Position numbers and translations under genes: made by a program. From an uncultured Gammaproteobacteria bacterium (GTDB taxonomy: Bacteria; Patescibacteriota; Microgenomatia; UBA8517), in contig CAZRGC010000004.1 in the NCBI GenBank assembly GCA_964599625.1, forward strand, positions 11,705-75,704: a DNA stretch of 64,000 bases. The letters run 5' to 3'. Position 1 is the first letter of the stretch. Each line of letters begins with the position of its first letter. Below, in pieces: positions 10,318-19,966 of this stretch. Below the pieces are notes generated by a model. The model worked only from the letters and a program-made list of their open reading frames with translations. It did no database searches and had not been told where the DNA came from.

Positions 10318-10617
10318 ATGCGACAGGGTTTTTTTCAAGCTTTGGGTGTCTCTTTGTATTGTGTACTGGTGGGTCTTTTTATGTGGAATTTTGGCAAGAT
10401 TGCCCCAAACGATAATCAGTCGTTTTTAATGCCGGTTGCATTTTTAACACTTTTCAGCACTTCGGTATTGGTTTGTGGACTTTTGGTTTTTTACAAACCA
10501 TACAAACTTTTTTTTGAAGGCAAGAAAAAGGAGGCAGCAGAAACTGTTCTTTTTACGTCAATCTATCTTTTGATTGTATTTGTGGTTCTGGTATCTGGAA
10601 TCTTGATCTTCAAATAA
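10318..10617 (+). CDS. Small membrane protein (3 TM)
   Basis: Hydrophobic 99-aa ORF directly after the kinase gene. Confidence 0.7.
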   Translation: MRQGFFQALGVSLYCVLVGLFMWNFGKIAPNDNQSFLMPVAFLTLFSTSVLVCGLLVFYKPYKLFFEGKKKEAAETVLFTSIYLLIVFVVLVSGILIFK

Positions 10618-10678
10618 TATTCCCAATCATTCGGGATATTATGGACTCCATAAGTTTTAAGATGTAGAATTGGTGTGT

Positions 10679-11758
10679 ATGGTTAAAAATTTGTGGAAAA
10701 AAATTTTGGACTTCAAAAAGAAATCCGGAAAAAAATTTTGGATAATTTTGGCTGTTGTCCTTGTGATTGTTTGGAGAATGTTTTTTACTGCCGATAAGTC
10801 TGTAGCTTTCAAATCACAAAAAGTTGTTAAAGGAGATATTTTGGAGACACTTTCAACCACAGGAACAGTTAAGGCGGATGAATTTGCAAACATGACTTTC
10901 CAGTCTGGAGGAAGACTTTCCTGGGTCAAGGTCAAAAAAGGTGACGTTGTTAAAAAAGGTCAGCCTTTGGCGGGACTGGATACAGTGGTCCTTAACGCGG
11001 CCTATCAGCAGTCAGTCAATAACTACAGAAGTTATCAAGCGGCAGCTGAGAGTGCATTGGATTCGGTTAAAGGACACACAGGCGACGAGACGTATGCCCA
11101 GCGTGCCACAAGAACCGCAGCGGAAGTTGCTAGGGACAACGCTTACGATGCCATGAACGCGGCACTCCAGAATCTAAGATTTGCAAATCTTTATGCACCT
11201 TTTGATGGGGTTGTTGCCGAGGCAACACCTTCATTTGCAGGTGCAAACGTTACTCCTGCAAATTCTTCTTATGTGGTTGTTAACCCGGGAACAGTATATT
11301 TTGATACAGAAATTGCAGAAACAGATTTGCCAAAAGTTAAACCGGGACAAAGGGTAATAATAAAGTTGGATGCGTATCCCGAGGAGTCCATTGAAGGAAA
11401 AGTGGGAACAATTGGTGTTGTTGCTTTTACTTCATCTACCGGCGGCAATGCTTACTCTGTTCGCATTGAGCTCCCAAAAAATGTTGATTTCAAATATAAA
11501 GTGGGTATGGAAGGCGATGTCTCAATTGTTTTGGAAACAATTAAAAACATACTCAAGGTTCCTACATCCGCACTTATAAACGAAGACGACACAGATTTTG
11601 TTTGGGTATGGAAAGACGGTAAGATCTCCAAAAAGACGATTGGAATTGGCGGGGCATCCGACGAAGAAACCGAAGTTAAAACAGGACTTGAAGAAGGAGA
11701 TGTAATTATTACCGAGCCCTCCAGTAAGTTTTCCGAAGGTCAAAAAGTTAAAATTTAA
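10679..11758 (+). CDS. MacA-like periplasmic adaptor (membrane fusion protein)
   Basis: GDVVKKGQPLA lipoyl motif, APFDGVV, VPTSAL, GLEEGD; upstream of ABC genes. Confidence 0.9.
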   Translation: MVKNLWKKILDFKKKSGKKFWIILAVVLVIVWRMFFTADKSVAFKSQKVVKGDILETLSTTGTVKADEFANMTFQSGGRLSWVKVKKGDVVKKGQPLAGLDTVVLNAAYQQSVNNYRSYQAAAESALDSVKGHTGDETYAQRATRTAAEVARDNAYDAMNAALQNLRFANLYAPFDGVVAEATPSFAGANVTPANSSYVVVNPGTVYFDTEIAETDLPKVKPGQRVIIKLDAYPEESIEGKVGTIGVVAFTSSTGGNAYSVRIELPKNVDFKYKVGMEGDVSIVLETIKNILKVPTSALINEDDTDFVWVWKDGKISKKTIGIGGASDEETEVKTGLEEGDVIITEPSSKFSEGQKVKI

Positions 11759-11760
11759 TC

Positions 11761-12447
11761 ATGTCTGCACTCATAGAGCTTTCCAATGTTAAAAAAAGCT
11801 ACAAACTGGGCGATGACGTAACAGTTGACGCGCTACGCGGTGTCAACCTTCAAATTAAAAAAGGCGAGTTTGTTGCAATAGTTGGGCCATCGGGATCTGG
11901 GAAGTCCACCCTTATGCATATGATTGGGATTTTGGACAAGCCGACAACCGGAACAATATCGTTGGATGGGCGAGATATAGGCAAACTAAACGAAGAAAAT
12001 CTGGCGGTTTTGCGAAACAAATACATCGGCTTTGTTTTTCAGGCTTTTAATCTTCTCACCAAAACTTCGGCCCGGGACAATGTGGAGCTTCCATTAATCT
12101 ATTCTGGTGATAAAAAAGAAGTCAGGTCCAAAAAAGCGGAAGAAGAACTTGTAAGAGTAGGGCTTGGAGAAAGACTTGATCACACACCCTCACAACTTTC
12201 GGGTGGACAGCAACAAAGGGTGGCAATTGCCAGGGCACTCGTAACCAAACCCAGTCTGATTTTGGCAGATGAACCAACAGGAAATTTGGACAGCAAATCA
12301 GGTGCAGAGATTTTGGAGCTCCTTAAATCCCTAAACAAAGCTGGTAACACAATTGTGTTGGTCACGCATGACATGGATATAGCAAAAAATGCGAAAAGAG
12401 TTGTAGAAATAAGGGATGGGGTAATTACCCGTGACAGAAAATTATAA
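11761..12447 (+). CDS. ABC ATP-binding protein (MacB/LolD type)
   Basis: GPSGSGKST, LSGGQQQRVAIARAL, ADEPTGNLD. Confidence 0.95.
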   Translation: MSALIELSNVKKSYKLGDDVTVDALRGVNLQIKKGEFVAIVGPSGSGKSTLMHMIGILDKPTTGTISLDGRDIGKLNEENLAVLRNKYIGFVFQAFNLLTKTSARDNVELPLIYSGDKKEVRSKKAEEELVRVGLGERLDHTPSQLSGGQQQRVAIARALVTKPSLILADEPTGNLDSKSGAEILELLKSLNKAGNTIVLVTHDMDIAKNAKRVVEIRDGVITRDRKL

Positions 12448-12449
12448 CT

Positions 12450-13664
12450 ATGGCACTACCTGTAAGTGAAATAACAACATTGGCATTTAAGAGTCTGCTT
12501 AGAAACAAAACCAGATCACTTCTTACTATGCTTGGAATAATAATTGGAGTATCTGCTGTTATTCTTTTGATATCAATTGGAACAGGACTTCAAAAATACA
12601 TTACCGATCAGTTTGAACAACTTGGGGCAAATCTTGTTGTTGTTGTTCCTGGAAGAGTAGCCAGGGGCGGAGGCAATGCATTTGCAGGCGGTCCGCCTAA
12701 TTTCAATGGAAGTAAGTTAACACTCAATGACGCCGCAACTTTGTCAAGGCTTGGCGGTCCCGTGGAGATGGTGGGAACAGGAATCGAGAACCAAAGCACT
12801 GTTTCTTATAAAGGAAAAAATAAATACACAACCATTGCAGGAATGTCTGCCGAATATATAAAGATAAGAAACATAGATGTGGAAAAGGGACGAAATATTT
12901 CGGTTGCGGATGTTAAAGCCGAACGTCATGTGGTTCTTTTGGGTCAAAGTCTTGTGGATTCGTTTTTTGGACAAAGCGGTGCAATAGGCAGAGAAGTAAC
13001 GATAGGTGGACAAAAGTTCCAAGTAATTGGAATTCTTAAAAGTCTGGGAAGCGGGGGCTTGGGGGTGGATATTAATTCTTTTGCTGTTATCCCTGTAACC
13101 ACTGCTCAAAAAGTTTATGGTATGAAAACTGTAATGGTCATTGGAGTTAAATCCAAAAGCAAAGAACAGATAGACGAAACAATCAGTGTTGTCAAAAAAG
13201 AACTGCTGAAAAAATACAAAGATGACGAGTTTTCTGTGGTTGATCAGTCAAGCCTTATAGAATCAATTAATCAAATCTTGGGAGTAGTTACGATAGCATT
13301 GGGTGGAATAGCAGCAATCTCGCTTGTTGTTGGCGGTGTGGGAATTATGAACATTATGCTTGTGTCTGTTACGGAAAGAACAAGAGAGATTGGACTCCGA
13401 AAAGCTGTTGGCGCCAAGCCCAATGATATTCTTTATCAGTTCTTGATTGAGGCGGTAGCCCTTTCCATATCCGGGGGGATGATAGGTGTTTTGATTGGGG
13501 CCGGAGGCGCTGCCATAATCAATCAATTTGTTGCAACTTCTGTGAGCTTTTGGTCTGTTGCACTGGCATTCGGAGTTTCTGCGGGGGTTGGCATACTCTT
13601 TGGAGTAGCGCCTGCAGCACGTGCCTCAAAACTCAATCCCATCGAGGCCCTTAAATACGAATAA
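12450..13664 (+). CDS. ABC permease (MacB/FtsX type)
   Basis: RSLLTMLGIIIGV, GGVGIMNIMLVSVTERTREIGLRKAVGA, PIEALKYE. Confidence 0.95.
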   Translation: MALPVSEITTLAFKSLLRNKTRSLLTMLGIIIGVSAVILLISIGTGLQKYITDQFEQLGANLVVVVPGRVARGGGNAFAGGPPNFNGSKLTLNDAATLSRLGGPVEMVGTGIENQSTVSYKGKNKYTTIAGMSAEYIKIRNIDVEKGRNISVADVKAERHVVLLGQSLVDSFFGQSGAIGREVTIGGQKFQVIGILKSLGSGGLGVDINSFAVIPVTTAQKVYGMKTVMVIGVKSKSKEQIDETISVVKKELLKKYKDDEFSVVDQSSLIESINQILGVVTIALGGIAAISLVVGGVGIMNIMLVSVTERTREIGLRKAVGAKPNDILYQFLIEAVALSISGGMIGVLIGAGGAAIINQFVATSVSFWSVALAFGVSAGVGILFGVAPAARASKLNPIEALKYE

Positions 13665-13730
13665 TCTTCTTTAAGCTTTTTCTCAATTTTGATTGTTAAT
13701 ATCAATTCTCAGATGAAAGGAGGTGAAAAT

Positions 13731-14162
13731 ATGAAAAGAAAACAATTAATTGCAGTTATTCTTGCTTTGGGGATCATCGCCTCTGCAGGATATTTTGGAA
13801 CCACTTACGCTCTTGCTGAAGAAACAACTCCTGGATATTCAACTCTTGTTCAAAAGATTGCACAGAAGTTCAATCTCAAAGAGTCTGATGTTCAGGCCGT
13901 TTTTGATTCCGTAAGGGACGAACGTAAGGAACAGCACAAAGCTACGCTTATTGCAAATTTGGATAAAGCTGTTGCCGACGGGGTTATTACAGAATCCCAA
14001 AAACAAGCCCTTTTAACAAAGATGCAGGAGAAACACGATGCCAGAGTTGCAGACAGGACAACGATGCAACAGTGGTTGAAAGACCAAGGCATTGATGGCC
14101 AAAAACTGGCCAAGTATTTGATGCCAGGTAAAGGGAGACACTTTGGATTCAAGTTTCGTTAA
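13731..14162 (+). CDS. Secreted helical hypothetical protein
   Basis: Strong SD (AGGAGGTG) before ATG; signal peptide ending ALA. Confidence 0.75.
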   Translation: MKRKQLIAVILALGIIASAGYFGTTYALAEETTPGYSTLVQKIAQKFNLKESDVQAVFDSVRDERKEQHKATLIANLDKAVADGVITESQKQALLTKMQEKHDARVADRTTMQQWLKDQGIDGQKLAKYLMPGKGRHFGFKFR

Positions 14163-14181
14163 GAAGCTTGTCCTTTGACCC

Positions 14182-14215
14182 AAAAGAAGCTCGACGCATG
14201 TCGGGCTTCTTTTTT
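14182..14215. terminator. Bidirectional intrinsic terminator
   Basis: AAAAGAAGCTCGAC-GCAT-GTCGGGCTTCTTTTTT between convergent genes. Confidence 0.8.
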
Positions 14216-14747
14216 CATTTAACGATATCCTGTTTGGTTACAAACCCATCTTCCAGTATCTCTACTCTAATTCCACCAATGCTTATCCCTTCAACATTTG
14301 TAAATCTGCTTTTGAAGCCTTTTTTGCCTGATAACTTGTCGGGGCGGTCGCATGGGGTGCAGAGCTCCACACCACGCAACTTTATTCCATTAATTGTAAA
14401 AATTTTCCCAACTTGGTCGTTCAGCTCTTCCGCGGTTATTCCGTCAACCACAATATTCCGTCTTGTTTCTTCGGCCAAAAATTCAGTTTCCTGATTCTCG
14501 TTGGCCCTACTTATTGCGTCTTGGGTAATTATCGTAAGCTGCCTTATTTTGTTGTTGGGGTAGGCACCGTTTAGAATTTCTTCAGGTCCGCCAAAATACC
14601 TGTCTTTCAGACTGTCATCGACCATCATTCCATGCCCTGCCACCAGCCTGGCAAAAGTAATATTAGCATCTTGCCGCCGCCTCTGGGTTTTTCGGAATCG
14701 GCGGGAAGACTTAGGTAAATACCTGCAACAAATCCCTCTTTGTTCAT
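14215..14747 (-). pseudogene. MOSC-domain protein split by a single frameshift near 14660-14666
   Basis: N-terminus MNKEGFVAGIYLS...GGKM in one frame continues as NITFARLVAGHG...DRYF...RQLT...RRNIV...CTPC...GGIR in another. Confidence 0.7.
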
Positions 14748-14804
14748 TTTGAATATTCTACTTTTAAGCGTTGTCTCAGAAAAGTGGTAATATAATTTCA
14801 TTGC

Positions 14805-15290
14805 ATGGAAGAAAACAATCAAAACCAAACAGACGGAAAGAAAAACATAGTCCTTCCTGCAATTGCCGTTGTAGCAATTATTGTTGGGGGGTTTTTATTT
14901 ATGTCAAAGACCAATAAAAATACAGATATTCCTAGTTCATTGGATACCCCAATATCTGCAACTCCGGATGAATCGATGCAAGAATCTACAGGATCTGCAA
15001 ACGCAACATCGGGAAACATCAGGCAATTTACCATTGAAGGAAATAACTTTGCCTTTGATACAAAAACAATAACAGTCAACAAAGGTGACGTTGTAAAAAT
15101 TATTTTAAACAACACAGAAGGCAGGCACGACCTGGTAATAGATGAATTTAATGTGTCCACTCAAGTTTTGACCGCAGGACAAACTGACGAAGTTCAATTT
15201 ATTGCTGACACCGCGGGAAGTTTTGAATATTATTGCTCCATTGAGGACCACAGGGCAATGGGTATGGTTGGGCAGTTGATAGTTAAGTAG
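14805..15290 (+). CDS. Membrane-anchored cupredoxin-domain protein
   Basis: HDL...YYCSIEDHRAMGM type-1 copper ligands. Confidence 0.88.
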   Translation: MEENNQNQTDGKKNIVLPAIAVVAIIVGGFLFMSKTNKNTDIPSSLDTPISATPDESMQESTGSANATSGNIRQFTIEGNNFAFDTKTITVNKGDVVKIILNNTEGRHDLVIDEFNVSTQVLTAGQTDEVQFIADTAGSFEYYCSIEDHRAMGMVGQLIVK

Positions 15291-15326
15291 AGTTGCACTA
15301 TTCTTCGATTTCGATATAATGAATAT

Positions 15327-15740
15327 ATGAATTCCAAATACTACGATTGGATAAAAATATTGGCGGTTGTAGGGATTGGTCTTGCGCTATTTCTTCTTTG
15401 GGAAAGATATTTCACTCCTTCGTTTCAACCTTGTAATATAAATGCAACAGTTAATTGTGACGCGGTTATTTCCGGTTCGCTCGCAGACACACTTGGGATA
15501 CCCACCCCTTTAATTGGACTTACTGGCTATGTGATTATTTTGTTTGCCGCTCTAAAAAAGAATTCCAAGTTAATTCTTGGTATGTCGTCTTTTGGGTTGG
15601 CTTTTTGTTTGTATCTCCTTTATATGGAAGTGGTTGTTTTGAAAGTTTTATGTCCGGTTTGTCTTGCTTGCCAGGCGGACATGCTTACGGTTTTTATTTT
15701 GGGAATTCTACTTAACAAGAAAAAGCAATCCTCCGAATAG
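15327..15740 (+). CDS. Vitamin K epoxide reductase (VKOR) family protein
   Basis: CNINATVNCDAV loop cysteines, LCPVC CxxC, 4 TMs. Confidence 0.88.
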   Translation: MNSKYYDWIKILAVVGIGLALFLLWERYFTPSFQPCNINATVNCDAVISGSLADTLGIPTPLIGLTGYVIILFAALKKNSKLILGMSSFGLAFCLYLLYMEVVVLKVLCPVCLACQADMLTVFILGILLNKKKQSSE

Positions 15741-15753
15741 TTTTTTTAATAGA

Positions 15754-17433
15754 CTACTTTTTTGCGGCCTCAATAAAACCCATAAATATCGGGTGTGGTG
15801 TTAGGGGGCGTGCAATATATTCAGGGTGAAACTGAGTTCCGATAAAAAACGGGTGATCTTCGATCTCCATTGCCTCAACAAGTTTTCCGTCAGGTGTTGT
15901 ACCGCTCACAACAAAGCCTGCTCTCTCAAGTTTGTCACGGTAGTCATTATTTACCTCGTATCTGTGTCTGTGGCGTTCGTATACGATATCTTTGTCTCCT
16001 TTGGGGGCGGTGTTTATTCCGTTTCCGTTGTTCCAGGGAGCAGATTTTTCTTTTCCAAACTTATTGTATATTTCCCAAAGTTTTGTTCCTTGTTTGATTT
16101 TACAAGGCCAACTACCAAGTCTTATTGTGCCTCCATATTGCATTTTTTTGAGGTATTCCACCTGATCCGGCATTATGTAAATGATCGGGTCGGGTGTTTT
16201 GGGATCAACCTCCATTGAGTTGCATTTTTTGATTCCCAAAACATTTCTTCCAAATTCTATAACAGACATTTGAAGGCCGAAACATAAACCAAGGTAGGGA
16301 ATTTTGTTTTCACGAGCAAACCTGACAGCTTTTATTTTTCCCTCTACACCCCGGCTGCCCCAACCTTGGGGCACAACAATGCCGTCAAACACCGAAAGAT
16401 CGGTTTTGCCCTTTTCGTATTCTGTGCTATCTATCCATGTAAGTTCAGCTTTTTTGCCCTGCGTCCATGCCGCTTGCTTAAGGGCTTCTATTACAGAAAT
16501 GTATGAGTCGGAAAGTTTGTAATCTCCTGTTACAAAATACTTACCCACCATGGCAATATTGACAGGGGACTTGGAAGTCTCACATTTTGTTACAAAATTT
16601 TTCCACTTGGTTATTTTGTCATTAGCTTTAGTCTTTTTTATTTCCAATTTTTCTATAATTTTTTCAGCCAGTTTTTGTTCACTCAAAAAGAGTGGAACTC
16701 TGTATACATTGGGAAGGTCTGGGTTTGCGATAATATTCTCTTTGGGTAAGTTGCAAAATACTGCAAGTTTTTCTTTGCGTTTGTCATCAATTGGATGTTC
16801 GCTTCTGGCAATAATAAAATCCGGTTGAATCCCCATACCGTTTAGTGTGTGAGTAGACTGTTGTGCGGGTTTGCTTTTCAGCTCACCAATGTTTTTGAGA
16901 AAAGGGAGGTATGTAACATGCAAATGGACAACATCTTTGGGGTTTCTAAGTTTCAAAATTCTATTTGCTTCAAAAAAAAGTATGTTTTGATATTCGCCGA
17001 CAGTGCCGCCGAGTTCAATTATCACTACTTCAGAGCCAGTGGCTTTGCCGGCTTCTTCAAATCTTTTAATTATCTCGTCGGTTACATGGGGAACCGCCTC
17101 TACATCTTCACCCTCGTAACCAAAAGCACGTTCGCGGTCTATAACTGCTTTGTAAATCTGCCCTGTTGTAATGTAGTTTTCTTTGCGCAAAGTTTGACCG
17201 GAAAACCTTTCGTAATTACCCATGTCTTGGTCTGTTTCCATTCCGTCTTCTAACACAAACACTTCGCCATGTTCTTGCGGCCTAATTGTCCCTGCATCAA
17301 TATTTAAATACATATCCACTTTGACGTTTGTGGACTTGATACCCTTGGAGTTAAGAAGCAAACCGATAGAGGCCGAGGTAACGCCTTTCCCAAGGCCCGA
17401 TACAACCCCACCGGACACGAAGACGAACTTCAT
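15754..17433 (-). CDS. pyrG: CTP synthase
   Basis: GGVVSGLGKG, HGEVFV, KSKPAQ, GLCFG, ERHRHRYE, QFHPE. Confidence 0.98.
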   Translation of the reverse strand: MKFVFVSGGVVSGLGKGVTSASIGLLLNSKGIKSTNVKVDMYLNIDAGTIRPQEHGEVFVLEDGMETDQDMGNYERFSGQTLRKENYITTGQIYKAVIDRERAFGYEGEDVEAVPHVTDEIIKRFEEAGKATGSEVVIIELGGTVGEYQNILFFEANRILKLRNPKDVVHLHVTYLPFLKNIGELKSKPAQQSTHTLNGMGIQPDFIIARSEHPIDDKRKEKLAVFCNLPKENIIANPDLPNVYRVPLFLSEQKLAEKIIEKLEIKKTKANDKITKWKNFVTKCETSKSPVNIAMVGKYFVTGDYKLSDSYISVIEALKQAAWTQGKKAELTWIDSTEYEKGKTDLSVFDGIVVPQGWGSRGVEGKIKAVRFARENKIPYLGLCFGLQMSVIEFGRNVLGIKKCNSMEVDPKTPDPIIYIMPDQVEYLKKMQYGGTIRLGSWPCKIKQGTKLWEIYNKFGKEKSAPWNNGNGINTAPKGDKDIVYERHRHRYEVNNDYRDKLERAGFVVSGTTPDGKLVEAMEIEDHPFFIGTQFHPEYIARPLTPHPIFMGFIEAAKK

Positions 17434-17578
17434 GTCCCCAATGCTATATTAGTAGCAGTTTCCAAGCAACTGGAATTATAAATATCAAAGTATATTTTTT
17501 ACTACTATATTTTTCGTGAAAATGGTGTATCGTGATTGTAGTAAACAATTATCGAACTAAAAACTTCCAAATAACTCC

Positions 17579-18898
17579 ATGCAATTTACACTATTTATTT
17601 CCAATTTGTCCGAAGATGTTTGGCCATTCATTGACACTATGGACAAAAAAACCAAGAAGGTAGAGATATTGGAGAATGCCTATTTGGCGGATCTTCATTT
17701 TATGGCTGGAGCAGGACTGAACAATCTTATTTTTGTAGGCCCAATGCCAATCGATCCTGTTTTGAAAAATTATTATTGTAAACTTTTCGGGATTAAAGAC
17801 ATTGTGGTTCTTAATCCCGAAAAGCACACGGGTAGAACTTGTATTGATCTTCTGAACGACAAAAAGACAATGGCGAAAATTGTCAAAATCACCAAAGGTG
17901 CTTCAAAAGTTAATCTTGTATCTTACTCGTCTACAGAAACATTTTTTAAACTTGGCAAAGAACTTGCTTCAAAGGGCGTAAAAGTTGCTTATCCCGAATC
18001 ACCGGTTAAAGGTGCCGGTTGGACCGTCGACTTTTTTGGCAGCAAGTCAGGAATAAGACAAACAGGCCAGATGATGCCCAAAGGATATATTTGCTCAGAT
18101 ATTCATGAGGCGGCTCAAATTGCCACAAACATGTACTTATATACCGGATCTGTGGTTATCAAAACCAACAAGGGTCATTCGGGTGCGGGTATTCTTATAT
18201 ATAGAAAGGGTGATCTCCCCAAAAATTATGACGATTGCCATCAAAAACTCGAGAAAACTTTGTTGGGGGAGGTCTATTGGCACAAGTTTCAAATAATCGT
18301 TGAAGAATATGTGGATCCGGACATGAGTGTTGGTGGGGGTTTTCCCAATGTCGAATTTAAGATTTCCGAAAAAGGTGAAATTAATTTTCTTTATGCCTGT
18401 GGAAACCGTGTCACAAAAGACGGAATTTTTGGAGGTGTTGAGATTGGGAAGGGTTCAATGGATGGCAAAAGCCCTCAGGAAATGAAAAAGGCCGCCGATC
18501 TTTTGGGGAGGGAGTATAAAAAAGCCGGTTATAGGGGATATTTCGATGTTGATTTTGTTTACGGAAAAGACAAAAAGTTGTATATAAACGAAAGTAATGC
18601 AAGAAGGACAGGAGGAACACACCTTTATCTTATTTGCGCTAAACTTTTGGGAAGTGAGTTTACCACCAAGTACTACACACTTTGCAAGAATATGCACTCA
18701 ATCAAAACTCCCGTTAAATCTTTTGAAAAACTTTTAGAAAAATATGAAGATTTGCTGTATGACCCAAAGAAAAAAGAAGGTGTAATATTCTGTTCCTCAA
18801 GCCTTTTGAAAGTTAACAAAATGGCCTACATTATTGTCGCCAAAAATAAAGAAAGGGCGGTTGCCCTTGAAGAAAAAGTTTATTTACTTGATAAATAG
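17579..18898 (+). CDS. ATP-grasp fold protein (putative peptide/amide ligase)
   Basis: VIKTNKGHSGAG, IVEEY, GYFDVDF, ESNARRTGGT. Confidence 0.75.
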   Translation: MQFTLFISNLSEDVWPFIDTMDKKTKKVEILENAYLADLHFMAGAGLNNLIFVGPMPIDPVLKNYYCKLFGIKDIVVLNPEKHTGRTCIDLLNDKKTMAKIVKITKGASKVNLVSYSSTETFFKLGKELASKGVKVAYPESPVKGAGWTVDFFGSKSGIRQTGQMMPKGYICSDIHEAAQIATNMYLYTGSVVIKTNKGHSGAGILIYRKGDLPKNYDDCHQKLEKTLLGEVYWHKFQIIVEEYVDPDMSVGGGFPNVEFKISEKGEINFLYACGNRVTKDGIFGGVEIGKGSMDGKSPQEMKKAADLLGREYKKAGYRGYFDVDFVYGKDKKLYINESNARRTGGTHLYLICAKLLGSEFTTKYYTLCKNMHSIKTPVKSFEKLLEKYEDLLYDPKKKEGVIFCSSSLLKVNKMAYIIVAKNKERAVALEEKVYLLDK

Positions 18899-19013
18899 CT
18901 TTGCCAGGTTTAGGACGTTTTTGGGTCCAAATTGCTTCAAAAACCAGTTGAGCGTATACTCGCACTAAGCACGAGGGAAAATGCCCTTTGATATTAAAAA
19001 GTAGGAGTGGGCT

Positions 19014-19874
19014 ATGGCCACACAAACCATTGCACAGAAAGTGCAACCTTTTTTGTTCATTCCGAGCAAAAAGAGCAACAAACAAGAAGTACTGGCAACA
19101 GAGGCTCTTGTTGCTGACCTAAACATTAGGATTGGGGCGATTAATACACGGCTTATGGACAAGACAGCTTTTTTGCCAGTCGAAACAGGGCCCGAGGAGC
19201 TTCGTAAACTCAAACGAAATCTGGAAGATACCAGGGATGCAAATCTGAAGGTCCTTGATGAACAAAGATTTCGCCTCTCCAGGCATGAACGTCACATCAA
19301 AATGGTCAGAGCAGGGTACCCGAATCAACTCGACCTTTCGTTTCTGGCTTCCACCAAAAACTTTCCAATAGGTGGAATTTTTGGCTTGGGGAGAACTCAA
19401 GCTTGGCCTGCTTTTGGGGTTGTAAATGTTCAGAACGAGGCAAAAACTTTCCAGATCGAAGCACGGGCTACAAGTAGTCCCTACGGAACAGACTCGTATC
19501 AGACCTATTTACCCAAACCGATGGGTCTACAGTATTCAGCTACCATTAATACACTCATCAAACTTTCGAAAAAAAGCGACTATTCAGGTGTCTTTTTGTC
19601 AGCCAAAGTTGGCGGAATAATGCCCGACACAACGCGTGACAAAATTTTGGAAGCGCTTGAGAAAAAGATTTTTGACCAGGTGTATATTGTATTCGAAGTT
19701 TTTGACTGGGAGTTGAATGTTGTCAAGCCTGTACCGCAAGATGACCCTATTGTAATAGGTTGGTGTAATGACACCGAACAGGCGTTCGTGATTGATATCT
19801 ATAACCCCACAGGGTTGGAGCAATACGTCGCCGATCAGTTTGGTTTCACCGCAACACTTCCCGAAGATCTCTGA
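19014..19874 (+). CDS. Hypothetical protein
   Basis: 286-aa ORF with SD AGGAG, an upstream TTGCTT-N17-TATACT and its own terminator. Confidence 0.75.
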   Translation: MATQTIAQKVQPFLFIPSKKSNKQEVLATEALVADLNIRIGAINTRLMDKTAFLPVETGPEELRKLKRNLEDTRDANLKVLDEQRFRLSRHERHIKMVRAGYPNQLDLSFLASTKNFPIGGIFGLGRTQAWPAFGVVNVQNEAKTFQIEARATSSPYGTDSYQTYLPKPMGLQYSATINTLIKLSKKSDYSGVFLSAKVGGIMPDTTRDKILEALEKKIFDQVYIVFEVFDWELNVVKPVPQDDPIVIGWCNDTEQAFVIDIYNPTGLEQYVADQFGFTATLPEDL

Positions 19875-19880
19875 GATTCC

Positions 19881-19917
19881 GCCCGTTAGGCAAACTATGC
19901 TTAACGGGCTTTTTTTT
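19881..19917 (+). terminator. Intrinsic terminator
   Basis: GCCCGTTA...TAACGGGC followed by T8. Confidence 0.85.
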
Positions 19918-19966
19918 GTGACCGCGAATTGTTGAAACTATCCTATAATAAGAGTATAATTCCGGC

